Positions 8,598-18,228 of a stretch of DNA of 40,644 nt are shown piece by piece. Both the position numbers and the translations under genes were made by a program. Origin of the DNA: a virus (lineage: Duplodnaviria > Caudoviricetes); IMG/VR virus record IMGVR_UViG_3300037755_001389, positions 1 to 40,644 of that record, one strand, 5' to 3'. Numbering within the stretch: position 1 is the stretch's first letter; each line of letters begins with the position of its first letter. Below the pieces are notes generated by a model that had not been told where the DNA came from, searched no databases, and saw nothing but the letters and a program-made list of their open reading frames with translations.

Positions 8598-9836
8598 ATG
8601 GCGTCCAATCGGTCTACACAGGAGGATCTGCTGCGGACAGTGTATCTGCGGAAGATGCAAATTCAGTTCAATCTCAAATCCGTGCTGCTCCAGTACCTTT
8701 CCCGGAACATGGAGTATTACCGCGAGGGCAAAGAAATCAGTCTCCCGTTGCACACCCAGCAGACGGGAGGCTGGAGCTGGTCCGACACCGGTCAGCTTCC
8801 CGAAGCGGGCGAGCAGCGCGTCGCCCGGCACACCTACGAGTACAAACGGATGTACGGGACGATCGAAATCGACGGCCCGCACGTCGAGGGCGCGGCGAGC
8901 AGTGCTTCGGCCGAGCAGCGTCCGTACGATTTTGAGACACGAAACCTCGTCAAACAGATGCGTCACGGGTTGAATTTCGACCTGTTCGGCGATGGCTCGG
9001 GCAAAGTCGCGTCGATCGCGTCCGCGGCGGACGGAACGTCGTGCGTCGTGGACGACGTGCGGGGTCTGGTCGATGGCATGCGCGTGGACGTGCTGATTAC
9101 GGCGACGGGCGCCACCGGCGCAGGCGGAGTCTCGAAAGCGCGGATCACGATCAACCGATCGACGAAAACGATCACGTTGTCCAACGCGAAAACCTGGGTT
9201 GACGGGACGGGCGTGGACCTCAACACGAACGCCGCGAACTACACGATGTATCGTAGCGGCGCCCGCAACCAAGCGATTTTCGGGCTGGACGCGGTCATCG
9301 CGACGGGCAACCCCGCGGTGGGCAACTACGGGAACCTGGATCGCACGGCGTCCGGCAACGAGTACTGGCAGGGGAATGTTTTCGCCAACGGCGGCGTCCC
9401 TCGTGCGGCGAGTTTCCCGCTGATTTCGGAGGCGGTGTCGGAGGTCGAGAAACGCTCGGACGGCGAGACCAACCTCATCATCTGCGGGTACGAGGTGTGG
9501 ACCCAGTTGCTGAACGATCTGGTCACGGCACGCCGGTATCCCAACGACGTCACCAAGCTCAACGGGTGGGCGTCGGCGATCATGCACGACGAGATCCCGA
9601 TCGTGCGGGACAAACACTGTGACCCCACGAAAATGTACCTCCTCGATACGTCGATGTGGGAGCTGTTCGAGAACGACGAGGGTCAGTGGATGGACAAGGA
9701 CGGCGCCATTTTGAGCCGCGTTCCGGGTCGGCACGCCTACGAGGCGGCTTGGTTCCGGTTCCTGCAGATCGTCTGCCACGCGCCGAACGCGAACGCGGTG
9801 CTCGAAGACTTGGACACCGCCACGCCCGTGGTTTAA
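8598..9836 (+). CDS. major capsid protein
   Basis: ~412 aa after the scaffold; HK97-fold-like motifs (MYGTIEIDG, LFGDGSG, IPIVRDKHC, MYLLDT, CHAPNANAVL). Confidence 0.85.
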   Translation: MASNRSTQEDLLRTVYLRKMQIQFNLKSVLLQYLSRNMEYYREGKEISLPLHTQQTGGWSWSDTGQLPEAGEQRVARHTYEYKRMYGTIEIDGPHVEGAASSASAEQRPYDFETRNLVKQMRHGLNFDLFGDGSGKVASIASAADGTSCVVDDVRGLVDGMRVDVLITATGATGAGGVSKARITINRSTKTITLSNAKTWVDGTGVDLNTNAANYTMYRSGARNQAIFGLDAVIATGNPAVGNYGNLDRTASGNEYWQGNVFANGGVPRAASFPLISEAVSEVEKRSDGETNLIICGYEVWTQLLNDLVTARRYPNDVTKLNGWASAIMHDEIPIVRDKHCDPTKMYLLDTSMWELFENDEGQWMDKDGAILSRVPGRHAYEAAWFRFLQIVCHAPNANAVLEDLDTATPVV

Positions 9837-9859
9837 TCCCGGGCGCTCCGCCGTGAAAA

Positions 9860-9880
9860 CGCCGGGCGCGTAGCCCGGCG
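9860..9880 (+). terminator. GC hairpin after the capsid gene
   Basis: CGCCGGGC-GCGTA-GCCCGGCG; no U tract. Confidence 0.35.
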
Positions 9881-9915
9881 GAACCAAAGCGGCGAGATTG
9901 ATGGAAAGGACTCCA

Positions 9916-10497
9916 ATGGGACGTGTTATCAACGACCACGCGGTTGCGTGGAAATTCGGCTACAAAGTTTTCTACCCGCAGCAAACCGGATTGGTCTTAA
10001 CGACCGCGTCCGAAGGGGCTGGCGGACAGCTCGCGGCCAACAGCGGTGACGGTCAGCTCATCAGCATGACGATGGCGACCGCCGATGAGGTTTTCTGGAT
10101 GCTGTCGATCGACGATCTGGCCGACGTGGACCTGTCGAACGACATTCAGTGCCGCGTCACTTATGACAACAGTTCGGCGGGTTCGGACACCGGCGTCATC
10201 TGGAAAGTCGTGATGAAGGGGTTCGCCGCCGGAATCGCTCTCTCGGACGCCGCGGCGACGCCGGACGGCTCGGCGACCTTCGCGGCCGCGGCACCGGTCG
10301 CCAGCGGAGGATTGATGCAGACCGAGTGGGCGGCGCTCGGCGTCGCCGGCGAGTTGGCCAGCGACGCGATGGTGACCGTGGGCGTGCAGTTGACCGACGA
10401 CGGCACCACCACGGCGGACGAGTTGGAACTGATCGCGCTGAGCCTGCGTTACACGCGAGCGTTTCTCGACAGCTCGGAGCAACGTCAGATCACGTAA
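9916..10497 (+). CDS. putative virion structural or decoration protein
   Basis: AAGGA RBS; follows the capsid gene; beta-rich composition. Confidence 0.6.
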   Translation: MGRVINDHAVAWKFGYKVFYPQQTGLVLTTASEGAGGQLAANSGDGQLISMTMATADEVFWMLSIDDLADVDLSNDIQCRVTYDNSSAGSDTGVIWKVVMKGFAAGIALSDAAATPDGSATFAAAAPVASGGLMQTEWAALGVAGELASDAMVTVGVQLTDDGTTTADELELIALSLRYTRAFLDSSEQRQIT

Positions 10498-10522
10498 TCG
10501 CGCAGCCAGACGGTCCGGCCAT

Positions 10523-10548
10523 GGGGGGAGGCGACGTGCCTTCCCCCC
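10523..10548 (+). terminator. intergenic hairpin
   Basis: GGGGGGAGGC-GACGT-GCCTTCCCCC. Confidence 0.45.
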
Positions 10549-10583
10549 GCCGGCCGTCTCACGCTTTGTGAAAGGACGATCGA

Positions 10584-11504
10584 ATGAGAGGTTTAATCGG
10601 TACGCGCAACATCGCGGGGGCGATCCGCGGGAGCGATCTGGTGACCGCGGTGTTGTCGGATTCTCCCTGGGGCAACACACTTTACGTGCAGAGCACGCAC
10701 ATCCGGGCGAGCGACTCGAACCGCACGGGTCAGGATATCGATTTCCCGCTGGCGACGCTGAAACGGGCGCTGGCGATTTGCAACGACGGCGACGTCATTT
10801 TGGTGGGCGAGAGCCACGTCGAGGACATCATCGACGTAACCAACTGGGTGCTGGCCAACAGCGGGGTTCACGTTGTGGGGCTGGGGTTCGGGGACAACCG
10901 CCCGACGTTCACGCTGACAACATCGACGAGCGCCGCCATGAAGGTGACGGGACCGGGCAATCGGATCAGCAATTGCCGTTTCATCTGCGGCGTCGACGGG
11001 TGCACTAACGTGCTACGCATCACCTCCGCCGCGATCGGAACACTGATCCACGAGTGCGAGTTTGGCAACGTCACCGCGATGCAGGCAACGACGATGATTT
11101 CGGCCACCGCCGCTGACATCCACGTTGTCGGCTGCCGCACCGGCGACAACACGGCGACGGCCGGATCGCTGTATTTCATCGCTCTGTTGGGTGATCGCGG
11201 CGTGGTGCGAGATTGCTACATTCGCGGCGACTACTCGTCGACGTGCGTTTTCGTCGACGGAGTATCGGCCGACGTGGAAGTGTGTAACAACCTCTTAGAG
11301 AACACCAACGCGGTGGACGTGTGCATCAAAACCACCGACTTCGCAAACAGCGGTTGGATCGCCAACAATTACATGCGCATTGCCACGGACGCCGAGCTGA
11401 CGTGGATCACGCAGGGCACCGCGTCGCTGGTTCAGTTGGCCCAGAATTTCGGCGTCAACGACAACCAGGAGACGGGCATCCTCGAAGGGACCGCGTCCAT
11501 CTAG
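10584..11504 (+). CDS. right-handed beta-helix protein, paralog A
   Basis: AAGGA RBS; PLATLKRAL..CNDGDVILV..GESH..E pectin-lyase-like cap; repeating IxNCxF and IxNN rungs. Confidence 0.8.
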   Translation: MRGLIGTRNIAGAIRGSDLVTAVLSDSPWGNTLYVQSTHIRASDSNRTGQDIDFPLATLKRALAICNDGDVILVGESHVEDIIDVTNWVLANSGVHVVGLGFGDNRPTFTLTTSTSAAMKVTGPGNRISNCRFICGVDGCTNVLRITSAAIGTLIHECEFGNVTAMQATTMISATAADIHVVGCRTGDNTATAGSLYFIALLGDRGVVRDCYIRGDYSSTCVFVDGVSADVEVCNNLLENTNAVDVCIKTTDFANSGWIANNYMRIATDAELTWITQGTASLVQLAQNFGVNDNQETGILEGTASI

Positions 11505-11521
11505 GACGAAAGGAGCACACC

Positions 11522-12433
11522 ATGAAAAACTCAATTGGAACGCGCAGCGTCGTCGGCTCGGCTCGGGGTACGGGGCTGGTGACCGCGGTGATTTCGGATT
11601 CTCCCTGGGGAAACACGCTGTACGTGCAGAGCACGCATCGGCGAGCGTCGGACAGCAACCGCACGGGCAGACAGCGCGATCACCCGCTCAAAACCCTGCG
11701 CAAAGCGCTCGAGCTGTGCAACAACGGAGACATCATTCTGGTGGGCGAGGGCCACGCCGAAAACTTTTCCGAAGCCATAGCGGTCTCGAAACGCGGCGTG
11801 CAGATTGTCGGGCTGGGCGTAGGCCAACGCAGGCCGACGTTCACGTCCAACACGCTCGCGAGCGCGTATATGTCGGTAACCGGGGCGGGCGTGCGGCTAT
11901 CCAACCTGCGGTTCCGTTGCGGTTTCGACGCGCTGACGCGCGTGCTCGACTTGGTGGCGTCCGCGAGCGTGGAGGATTGCGAGTTTGGCAACGTCGCCAC
12001 GACGCAACCGATTAACGTCATCAACGCGGCGAGCGGCGCCGATGGCTGTCAAATTCTTCGTTGCCGGACCGGGCAAAACACAGCGGCGGCGGGAACGAGC
12101 GCTTTCATCGTCGTGTCCGGCAACCGCTGCGTCATCCGCGATTGCTTCATCCGTGGCGACTACAGCGTGGCTTGCATCACCAACACGACGGGCGGCAAGG
12201 ACAACGTGATTCAGGGCAACCTCCTGGAAAACGACAACGCGGTGGACGTGTGCATCAACGTCGGCAACGTCGCCGCGACCGGGTGGATCGCTGACAACTA
12301 CATGCGTGTTGCGACCGACGCGCAGGTAACCTGGATCACGCAGGGCGGTGCGTCGTTGATGCAGTTGGCGGAGAACTACGGCGTCAACAACAACCAGGAA
12401 ACCGCCATTCTCGAAGGAACCGCGTCCATCTAG
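11522..12433 (+). CDS. right-handed beta-helix protein, paralog B
   Basis: AAGGAG RBS; collinear with paralog A; same ILEGTASI C-terminus. Confidence 0.8.
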   Translation: MKNSIGTRSVVGSARGTGLVTAVISDSPWGNTLYVQSTHRRASDSNRTGRQRDHPLKTLRKALELCNNGDIILVGEGHAENFSEAIAVSKRGVQIVGLGVGQRRPTFTSNTLASAYMSVTGAGVRLSNLRFRCGFDALTRVLDLVASASVEDCEFGNVATTQPINVINAASGADGCQILRCRTGQNTAAAGTSAFIVVSGNRCVIRDCFIRGDYSVACITNTTGGKDNVIQGNLLENDNAVDVCINVGNVAATGWIADNYMRVATDAQVTWITQGGASLMQLAENYGVNNNQETAILEGTASI

Positions 12434-12459
12434 GACGCGGCGAAATCTTGTTGTGCTAG

Positions 12460-12501
12460 CGGGGGCGGGGGATCACACCGGAGTGTGGCCCCGCCCCCCG
12501 T
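12460..12501 (+). terminator. strong intergenic hairpin
   Basis: GGGGGCGGGG..CACAC-CGGA-GTGTG..CCCCGCCCCC. Confidence 0.5.
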
Positions 12502-12512
12502 GAGAACATCGC

Positions 12513-13214
12513 ATGGCCATGAACTCAAACGAGTTGCTGCTTCGGACGGGTGAGTGGCTCAACGACCCCGCCTTGTACTCGTTCGAGCCGACGAACGTGC
12601 TTGGGGCGGTGCAGCACGCGTACGCCATGATCGTCAACGAGGTGGAGCGAGCCAGCCAAACGTGGAATACGGTGTCGGTGCCCATCGAGATTTCGGTGAC
12701 GCATGCGGCCCGCGAGTACACGGTCACGACGATCGCCGCCGGCGAAACGCCGAACCAACAGACCGACAGCGTCCGCAAAATCGTCGAGGTCGTTCGCACC
12801 GACGCAGGCCGCGAGGACAAACTGGCGATCATCGCGCACGGCAGCCGCAACGACTACCGTTCGGTGAACTACTATCCGCAGTTGCAGCGTTTTCGCGGAT
12901 CGGTGGGCCTCGTGTACGTTTATCGGGCGAGCGACGGACTCTGGCGGGTAGGGTTCGTGGACGCCGAGCCGCCCGCGCAGACCATCTCGGTTTTCTACGT
13001 CCCGAAAATAGGGAGCCTTGCCGGGCAACCGGCGTACCCGTCACTGGTCCCGGACGATTTCCACGAAATGATCGCCCTCCAGGCGGCGGTGGTTCTCAAG
13101 GTTCAGGAGAACCGCGACGCAAGCGGCTTGCTGGGTATGCTCGCCCAGTGGAAAAGCGATCTGAACCAGTTCTGCATGGACGTGACGAGCGGGCAGCAGG
13201 CGAGGGCGATCTGA
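12513..13214 (+). CDS. head-tail adaptor (tail tubular A-like)
   Basis: size and position; C-terminal PSLVPDDFHEMIALQAAV typical of podovirus adaptors. Confidence 0.65.
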   Translation: MAMNSNELLLRTGEWLNDPALYSFEPTNVLGAVQHAYAMIVNEVERASQTWNTVSVPIEISVTHAAREYTVTTIAAGETPNQQTDSVRKIVEVVRTDAGREDKLAIIAHGSRNDYRSVNYYPQLQRFRGSVGLVYVYRASDGLWRVGFVDAEPPAQTISVFYVPKIGSLAGQPAYPSLVPDDFHEMIALQAAVVLKVQENRDASGLLGMLAQWKSDLNQFCMDVTSGQQARAI

Positions 13215-15706
13215 TGCCGACGCAGCCGCCGTTGTCGCCGTTTCATTTCAAGGGTCCGTTTCTGGGGCTGAACACGACGGCCCCGGAGCGCGGGCTGTCG
13301 CCGGCCTACGCGGCACAGGCCGACAACATTCTTCTCGACAACGGCCAGATTCAGGTCCGCCCGCCGTTTGTGACGCTCTACGACAATCGCCCGGATCACG
13401 AGCAGCTCGTTCCGCAGGTGGCCAGCATGTTTGAGTGGATCCCCGCGTCGTCGGTCGCAGTCAACGACGACGAACGCCCGCGCTTCATTCTGCGGCAGTA
13501 CCCGCTGACCGGAGAATCGAACGTCGATAAATCCCAACTACGAGTTCAGACACGGGACGGTGACATCGAGCTGGCTCGCAGCCGCGGCGACGGCCCCTTT
13601 CAGTACGTTCCGATCAACGACCGTGTTTACCTGTTCAATGGCCGCGACGCGGGCCGTTCGCCGCTTGTCATCGACAACGGCCTCAGCGTCCGCCGAGCCG
13701 GGCTGCTAGGGTTGGCGCAGTTTCCGCACACCAGTGAGCCGGTGACCGGCGCTGGCATCAGTTGGGATCAGGTTTTTCTCACCCCGAACTTCTTCCCCTC
13801 GAACGGGTACCTTGATGCGGATGGTAATCCCGTGGCGCCCCCCGGCCTGGAGGTTCACCCGTATCTCGTGCCCAACCCCGGTGACGGCCGCAAATGGCGC
13901 GGCGCCGAGTACGGCTTTGCGGTCTCGCTCTACAACAAGGACACCAACGTCGAGTCCAATGGGTGGATTTCCACAACCACACTGTCGATGGATCCCTACG
14001 TCAATGGCGACACCGGCAGCATTATCGGGTTGAGCGCGTCCAACACCCGGTTGCTGGTCAGGCTCGTCGTGCCAACCACCGCGGCGTACTGGCCGAACCA
14101 ACAGGAGTATCCGTTCACACATTTTCGGATCTACATGGCACGCCTGGACGTTTTCGAGGCGTTCCACCTCGCCGGCGAGTACGAGCGGGACGGTTTTCCC
14201 ATCTCGGGCGTCGGCAACCCAATTTTGCACGGTGTGCCCCAATATAGTTTCGATTTTAGGCGCAAGGTGTGGCGGCAGGGGTACTGGCCCGGTGCTACCG
14301 AAGTAGACAGGCAGCCCGCGGGCAGTGAGTTCGTTGGGGGCACGCTGGGCAACACGGTCACAGGCCCGTTCATTCCGGTCAAAAACGCTGTACCTTACCA
14401 CGTGCGACTCGGGGCGTGGTACAAAGACCGCCTGTTCTACGTCCAAGATGGCGTGGCCGATCGCCTGTTCTACAGCGCATTCGGCCAGCCGGAGTCCGCC
14501 GACGTGGGCGACTTTTTGCTACTCAACGACGACGGTGGCGAGATCACGGGGCTGGCTGAGAATCACGGGCAGCTCGTCATTCTCAAAGAAAAAAGCATCT
14601 GGATACTGTCGGGGACGATCGCCGGCACGACCAACGCGACGATCGCGCTGGGGGCGAGTGCGCCTGCCAGCTCGCACGAGCTGTACCGCACCAAAAGCCA
14701 CGTCGGCTGCTCCAACACGGGCGGCTCTAACGGTGCGATTGTGGCGGGCAATCCGTCGCGGGTTCATTTCAACTCGCATTCGGGCTTCTACGATTTCGAC
14801 GGCACTAACACGCGGCTGTTGACCGGGCGGATCGACCCGACGTGGCAGAAATTCATCGGGGCTACGTCCTCCGCCGACCAGGCCGTCACCTACGCGGTGG
14901 ACTCGCTGCGTCAGATTTTGTTCATGGCCAACGCGTCGGAGACATCGTACGCGGCACGTGGGCACGTGCATAATGTTTCGGCCCTCGCGTATCATTTTGG
15001 TCCCCAGAACCGGTCTCCCGACGGGATCGGCGCCTGGACGGAAATCTACCCGAACAGCGTGGGCTCGGCGATCACGTGCTGCGCTACGTTGAACTCCCAG
15101 AGTTTGTATACCCTGGGAGCCACCGATATCAGGCACCTCTACGCGGGCGCGATGTTCGGCCTGTCTGGACTCACCGACCACGACGGAACGGACCTCTCCG
15201 GCGGCGAGTCGGGCAGCGTCGTGCGATTTCAGGACGCCGAGCCGCGGGAGGGTGACTTCGCCCGAACGATTTTCGCGCGAGACATGCCCCGTGCGGTCTA
15301 CCGCACGGGCCAGCTCACGATGCTCGACGGGCTGACGCCGCACTGCTATTGGGTCAAGATTTTTCACGAGCAGGCGTCGCAGTGGTCGGATGATCCGGAC
15401 AACAACGCTCTGACCGAGGCCCCGATCCAGATGAAAATGGGGCTGGCCGTATTGGTGCCGCCCAGACCCGGCCCCCGGCGCGTCTTCACCCGCGCCGAAG
15501 TGCGGGTACTTCCGGCGGGCGATCCGTCGCGGCACGAACACGTCTTGTTTCTGGACAATGACGTGGTCAGCCGCCGCCCCGTGCAGCGCAGCGCACCATG
15601 GTTCCAACTGGAGTTTTTCACCGAGGACTTGAACGTCGCCAAATGGCACCCCACGATTCGTATCGTGGGCTGGGAATTCGATCTAGAATTGGCTGGGCAA
15701 CGCTAG
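13214..15706 (+). CDS. tail nozzle or stabilisation protein (tubular B, P22 gp10-like beta-propeller)
   Basis: TGATG coupling at 13214; N-terminal FLGLNT; WYKDRLF, RLFYSAFGQPE, ITGL...LVILKEKSIWILSG, VGC motifs. Confidence 0.8.
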   Translation: MPTQPPLSPFHFKGPFLGLNTTAPERGLSPAYAAQADNILLDNGQIQVRPPFVTLYDNRPDHEQLVPQVASMFEWIPASSVAVNDDERPRFILRQYPLTGESNVDKSQLRVQTRDGDIELARSRGDGPFQYVPINDRVYLFNGRDAGRSPLVIDNGLSVRRAGLLGLAQFPHTSEPVTGAGISWDQVFLTPNFFPSNGYLDADGNPVAPPGLEVHPYLVPNPGDGRKWRGAEYGFAVSLYNKDTNVESNGWISTTTLSMDPYVNGDTGSIIGLSASNTRLLVRLVVPTTAAYWPNQQEYPFTHFRIYMARLDVFEAFHLAGEYERDGFPISGVGNPILHGVPQYSFDFRRKVWRQGYWPGATEVDRQPAGSEFVGGTLGNTVTGPFIPVKNAVPYHVRLGAWYKDRLFYVQDGVADRLFYSAFGQPESADVGDFLLLNDDGGEITGLAENHGQLVILKEKSIWILSGTIAGTTNATIALGASAPASSHELYRTKSHVGCSNTGGSNGAIVAGNPSRVHFNSHSGFYDFDGTNTRLLTGRIDPTWQKFIGATSSADQAVTYAVDSLRQILFMANASETSYAARGHVHNVSALAYHFGPQNRSPDGIGAWTEIYPNSVGSAITCCATLNSQSLYTLGATDIRHLYAGAMFGLSGLTDHDGTDLSGGESGSVVRFQDAEPREGDFARTIFARDMPRAVYRTGQLTMLDGLTPHCYWVKIFHEQASQWSDDPDNNALTEAPIQMKMGLAVLVPPRPGPRRVFTRAEVRVLPAGDPSRHEHVLFLDNDVVSRRPVQRSAPWFQLEFFTEDLNVAKWHPTIRIVGWEFDLELAGQR

Positions 15707-15730
15707 CTGCCCAACGAAGGAGACGCCGAA

Positions 15731-16189
15731 ATGGCTTTGCGACGAATGAGGGCGTTCACGACGCTCAACACGAGTGACGATCCACGGACGGTCTTGCAAT
15801 TTAACATGGGCACGAACCACCGAGGATTGCTCCTGGGTATCCAGGTGAGCCCGGAGGGATCAACGGCAACGAGCGCTCCGATTCGGTTCTCGTTCGGGAC
15901 GCAGTCGGGGGCGGGCACGTCGGTGGACGCGACGTCGGCGGCCGTCAAGGACGAACCCGCGTGGACGGGGACGACGACGTCGTACCTCACGATTCTCGAC
16001 ACGTTCAGCTCGACCGAGCCGACGCACACCGAGCAGGGGTACCGGTTCAGTCTCCATCAACAATCGTCGCTGTACTGGACGCCGCCCGGTAAGGGCTACG
16101 TTATCATGGACCCCAGCGAACGTTGGGGGTTGCAGATTCAGTCGACCTCAGGCGTTGAGATTGCGTACTCGTTTGATTTTGAGTTGTAG
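15731..16189 (+). CDS. hypothetical virion protein
   Basis: AAGGAG RBS; beta-rich. Confidence 0.65.
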   Translation: MALRRMRAFTTLNTSDDPRTVLQFNMGTNHRGLLLGIQVSPEGSTATSAPIRFSFGTQSGAGTSVDATSAAVKDEPAWTGTTTSYLTILDTFSSTEPTHTEQGYRFSLHQQSSLYWTPPGKGYVIMDPSERWGLQIQSTSGVEIAYSFDFEL

Positions 16190-16197
16190 GGGGCACA

Positions 16198-16434
16198 ATG
16201 CCACGACCCATTGAACCAGCCGGACCGATCCAGCAGTCGGGCGGGAGCGGCTCGGCCAGCACGCAGGCGTACGTCGTCGGCGACGGCCTACCGACCCCTC
16301 CCGCGCTGCTGCCGCGCGCCGCGTTCGAGCTGTCGCGGAGCATGGCCGCCAACGCGGACATTCTGGGCCGGCTGGATCGCGCCAATTACGGCGTGCGTCT
16401 CGCACAGCCTGCGCGAATCGCGGACAGGAGGTAA
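16198..16434 (+). CDS. hypothetical protein
   Basis: AGGGGG RBS; tightly packed. Confidence 0.55.
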   Translation: MPRPIEPAGPIQQSGGSGSASTQAYVVGDGLPTPPALLPRAAFELSRSMAANADILGRLDRANYGVRLAQPARIADRR

Positions 16435-16439
16435 TTGCG

Positions 16440-16607
16440 ATGCCGCTCATTTACACACAGCACGCGACACAACACGAACTGGACCATGAGTTTCGGGCGT
16501 TGTGGGCGCAGGTGGATGCGCTGCGTGCGCAGGTTGCGGCACTGTCCGTGTCCGTTGGGCAACTGGTAGCCGCGACGGAAGCGGCGACGCCGGCCGCCCC
16601 AAACTAG
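16440..16607 (+). CDS. 55-aa coiled-coil protein, absent from the ORF track (MPLIYTQHATQHELDHEFRALWAQVDALRAQVAAL...)
   Basis: AGGAGG RBS; fills the gap exactly; heptad pattern. Confidence 0.7.
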   Translation: MPLIYTQHATQHELDHEFRALWAQVDALRAQVAALSVSVGQLVAATEAATPAAPN

Positions 16608-16620
16608 GAGGAGTGTTTCT

Positions 16621-17634
16621 GTGGCCACGAGAACTGTTGGCAAAACGCGTGTGCGTGGCGGCGCTGACCCGGGATACTCGCCCCCCCCGACGCCGGTGGG
16701 GCCACCGCTACCGCCCGGAAACTACGGGGGGGGGTTGGCGCCGCAACGTACGCATCCTCTAATCTCCAAGGCGACCGATTGGTACGACGATCCCGGTTTG
16801 ACGTTCCGAGATGGGTTCGCGTTTTCCGGCAGCGGCACGCGGTTCAATCCCACCCTGCCCGACTGGGCGCCGGAGGGCGTGACGGATCCGGAGGAACTGT
16901 ACGCCCTGTACCAGGGGTACGATGAGCGGTTGCGACCGGCGTTCGTCGCCGAACAGCGTTCCGCCTCGCAGGCGAGGGCGGATCGTGAGGCGGCCCGAGA
17001 GAGGGGTCTCACGATGCTGACCGGGGCGGAGGAGCGGTTGACCGGCAGCTACGCCGATTGGCAGAATGATCCCTACCGCCAGCAAGCGATGGACCAACTG
17101 TCCAGCATGTCCGAGCCTGGGTACTCGATCATCAGCGACGCCCAGCAAGAGGGGTATAACCGTCAAATCGGGCAGAATTACGCAACCAACGCGGCGGCGC
17201 TTGAGGCCGACGCGGCGTCGCGTGGTGTCGCGGGTGGCGGCGCGTCGACCGCCCAAGAGGCGCAGTTGCGTGGCGTCGCGGACGCCGGAGCGTTGCAGGT
17301 GCGAGCGTCGATCGACGAGGCCAACGAGTCGGCCCGCCGATCGTCCGTCGAGACGCTGGGTAGGCTGGGGCTCGCGCAGCGCGAGGTCGATCTGGCGTTT
17401 GAATCGTCGCTCGACAGTCTGGCACGTATGGGGGCCGCGATCGAGGCTGGTGAGGAGTTCAGCCCGAGCGAGTTTCTGGGGTACACGGAGCTTTCCGACG
17501 CGATGCGTCGTGCGGACTCGGAGGAGGCGTTCCGCCTGGAGCAGCTCGACGCGATGAATGAGGCTGCGCAAAAGGACGTGTGGGACTGGTTTTCCATTCT
17601 AGCCCAGTCGGTTGGGACCGGCCTGTGGGGTTAA
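16621..17634 (+). CDS. putative internal virion or ejection protein
   Basis: AGGAGGAG RBS with GTG start; A/Q/G-rich helical; AASRGVAGGG motif common in podovirus ejection proteins. Confidence 0.65.
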   Translation: MATRTVGKTRVRGGADPGYSPPPTPVGPPLPPGNYGGGLAPQRTHPLISKATDWYDDPGLTFRDGFAFSGSGTRFNPTLPDWAPEGVTDPEELYALYQGYDERLRPAFVAEQRSASQARADREAARERGLTMLTGAEERLTGSYADWQNDPYRQQAMDQLSSMSEPGYSIISDAQQEGYNRQIGQNYATNAAALEADAASRGVAGGGASTAQEAQLRGVADAGALQVRASIDEANESARRSSVETLGRLGLAQREVDLAFESSLDSLARMGAAIEAGEEFSPSEFLGYTELSDAMRRADSEEAFRLEQLDAMNEAAQKDVWDWFSILAQSVGTGLWG

Positions 17635-17640
17635 GTCGCC

Positions 17641-18228
17641 ATGGCGATGAACTACGGAACCAGTGACGCGGGCGCCAGCCGATGGGCGGCCGGTCTGCGG
17701 ACCACCGCGAGCGATTACTCGCGCCAGGGAATGGGCTACGCTCTCGAAACGATCCGGCAGGGAGAGCGGGACGAACAGCGACTTCTCGACGGGCTGGCCC
17801 ACCTTCGCAGCTACCAGGCCGAAAAAAAAGCCGCCGCCGCCGAGGACGAAATGAGTTTTTCGTCGATGGGGGCACTGGCCGGTCTAGCGATGGCTCCGTT
17901 CACGGGCGGGCTCAGTTTGGGGGTCATCGGGACAAATGTGGGCTTCGGCGGCGCCATCGGCGGCGTTCTCGATTCCGCAACCGGGCGCGGTAGCGGGGCC
18001 AACGTCGGGCGGGGTATCGCGGACTTCGCCGCCGCGCGTACGATGCCTAACCCGCTGTACGACCCGACGGCGACGCCCGGCGCCACCGTGCAAAAAACGG
18101 TGGACCGCGTGACCGCCGGGCCGCAGGTGGGCGGCGTGCCCGCCGCGGGGGCAAAGCCGCAACAACAGCCGCGGTGGCAAGAGTATCTCAAGGACGCCGA
18201 ACAATATGCCCCTCAAACTAGACGATGA
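17641..18228 (+). CDS. putative ejection (pilot) protein with glycine-zipper hydrophobic segment
   Basis: GALAGLAMAPFTGGLSLG...GFGGAIGG. Confidence 0.6.
   Translation: MAMNYGTSDAGASRWAAGLRTTASDYSRQGMGYALETIRQGERDEQRLLDGLAHLRSYQAEKKAAAAEDEMSFSSMGALAGLAMAPFTGGLSLGVIGTNVGFGGAIGGVLDSATGRGSGANVGRGIADFAAARTMPNPLYDPTATPGATVQKTVDRVTAGPQVGGVPAAGAKPQQQPRWQEYLKDAEQYAPQTRR

Noticed and set aside
9825-9900. Programmed frameshift extending the capsid protein
   Set aside because: No canonical slippery heptamer at the stop, and the next gene has its own RBS
8244-9932. 562-aa minus-strand ORF; likewise 2716-3792, 14519-15649, 18450-19904, 20201-21316 and 31155-32177
   Set aside because: Antisense shadows of GC-rich + strand genes; Arg/Val/His-rich, with no motifs or RBS
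11321-11521. Upstream extension of beta-helix paralog B; similar extensions at 780, 8535, 19541, 33402, 33752 and 36349
   Set aside because: They overlap upstream genes or leaders; downstream ATGs have an RBS or stop-start coupling, or match the paralog N-terminus
10584-12433. Diversity-generating retroelement TR/VR pair
   Set aside because: Differences are not adenine-restricted, both copies are full genes, and no reverse transcriptase is present
12554-13213. N-terminal 220 aa of the 1050-aa ORF
   Set aside because: Arg-rich alternate frame of the adaptor gene; the real start is the coupled ATG at 13214
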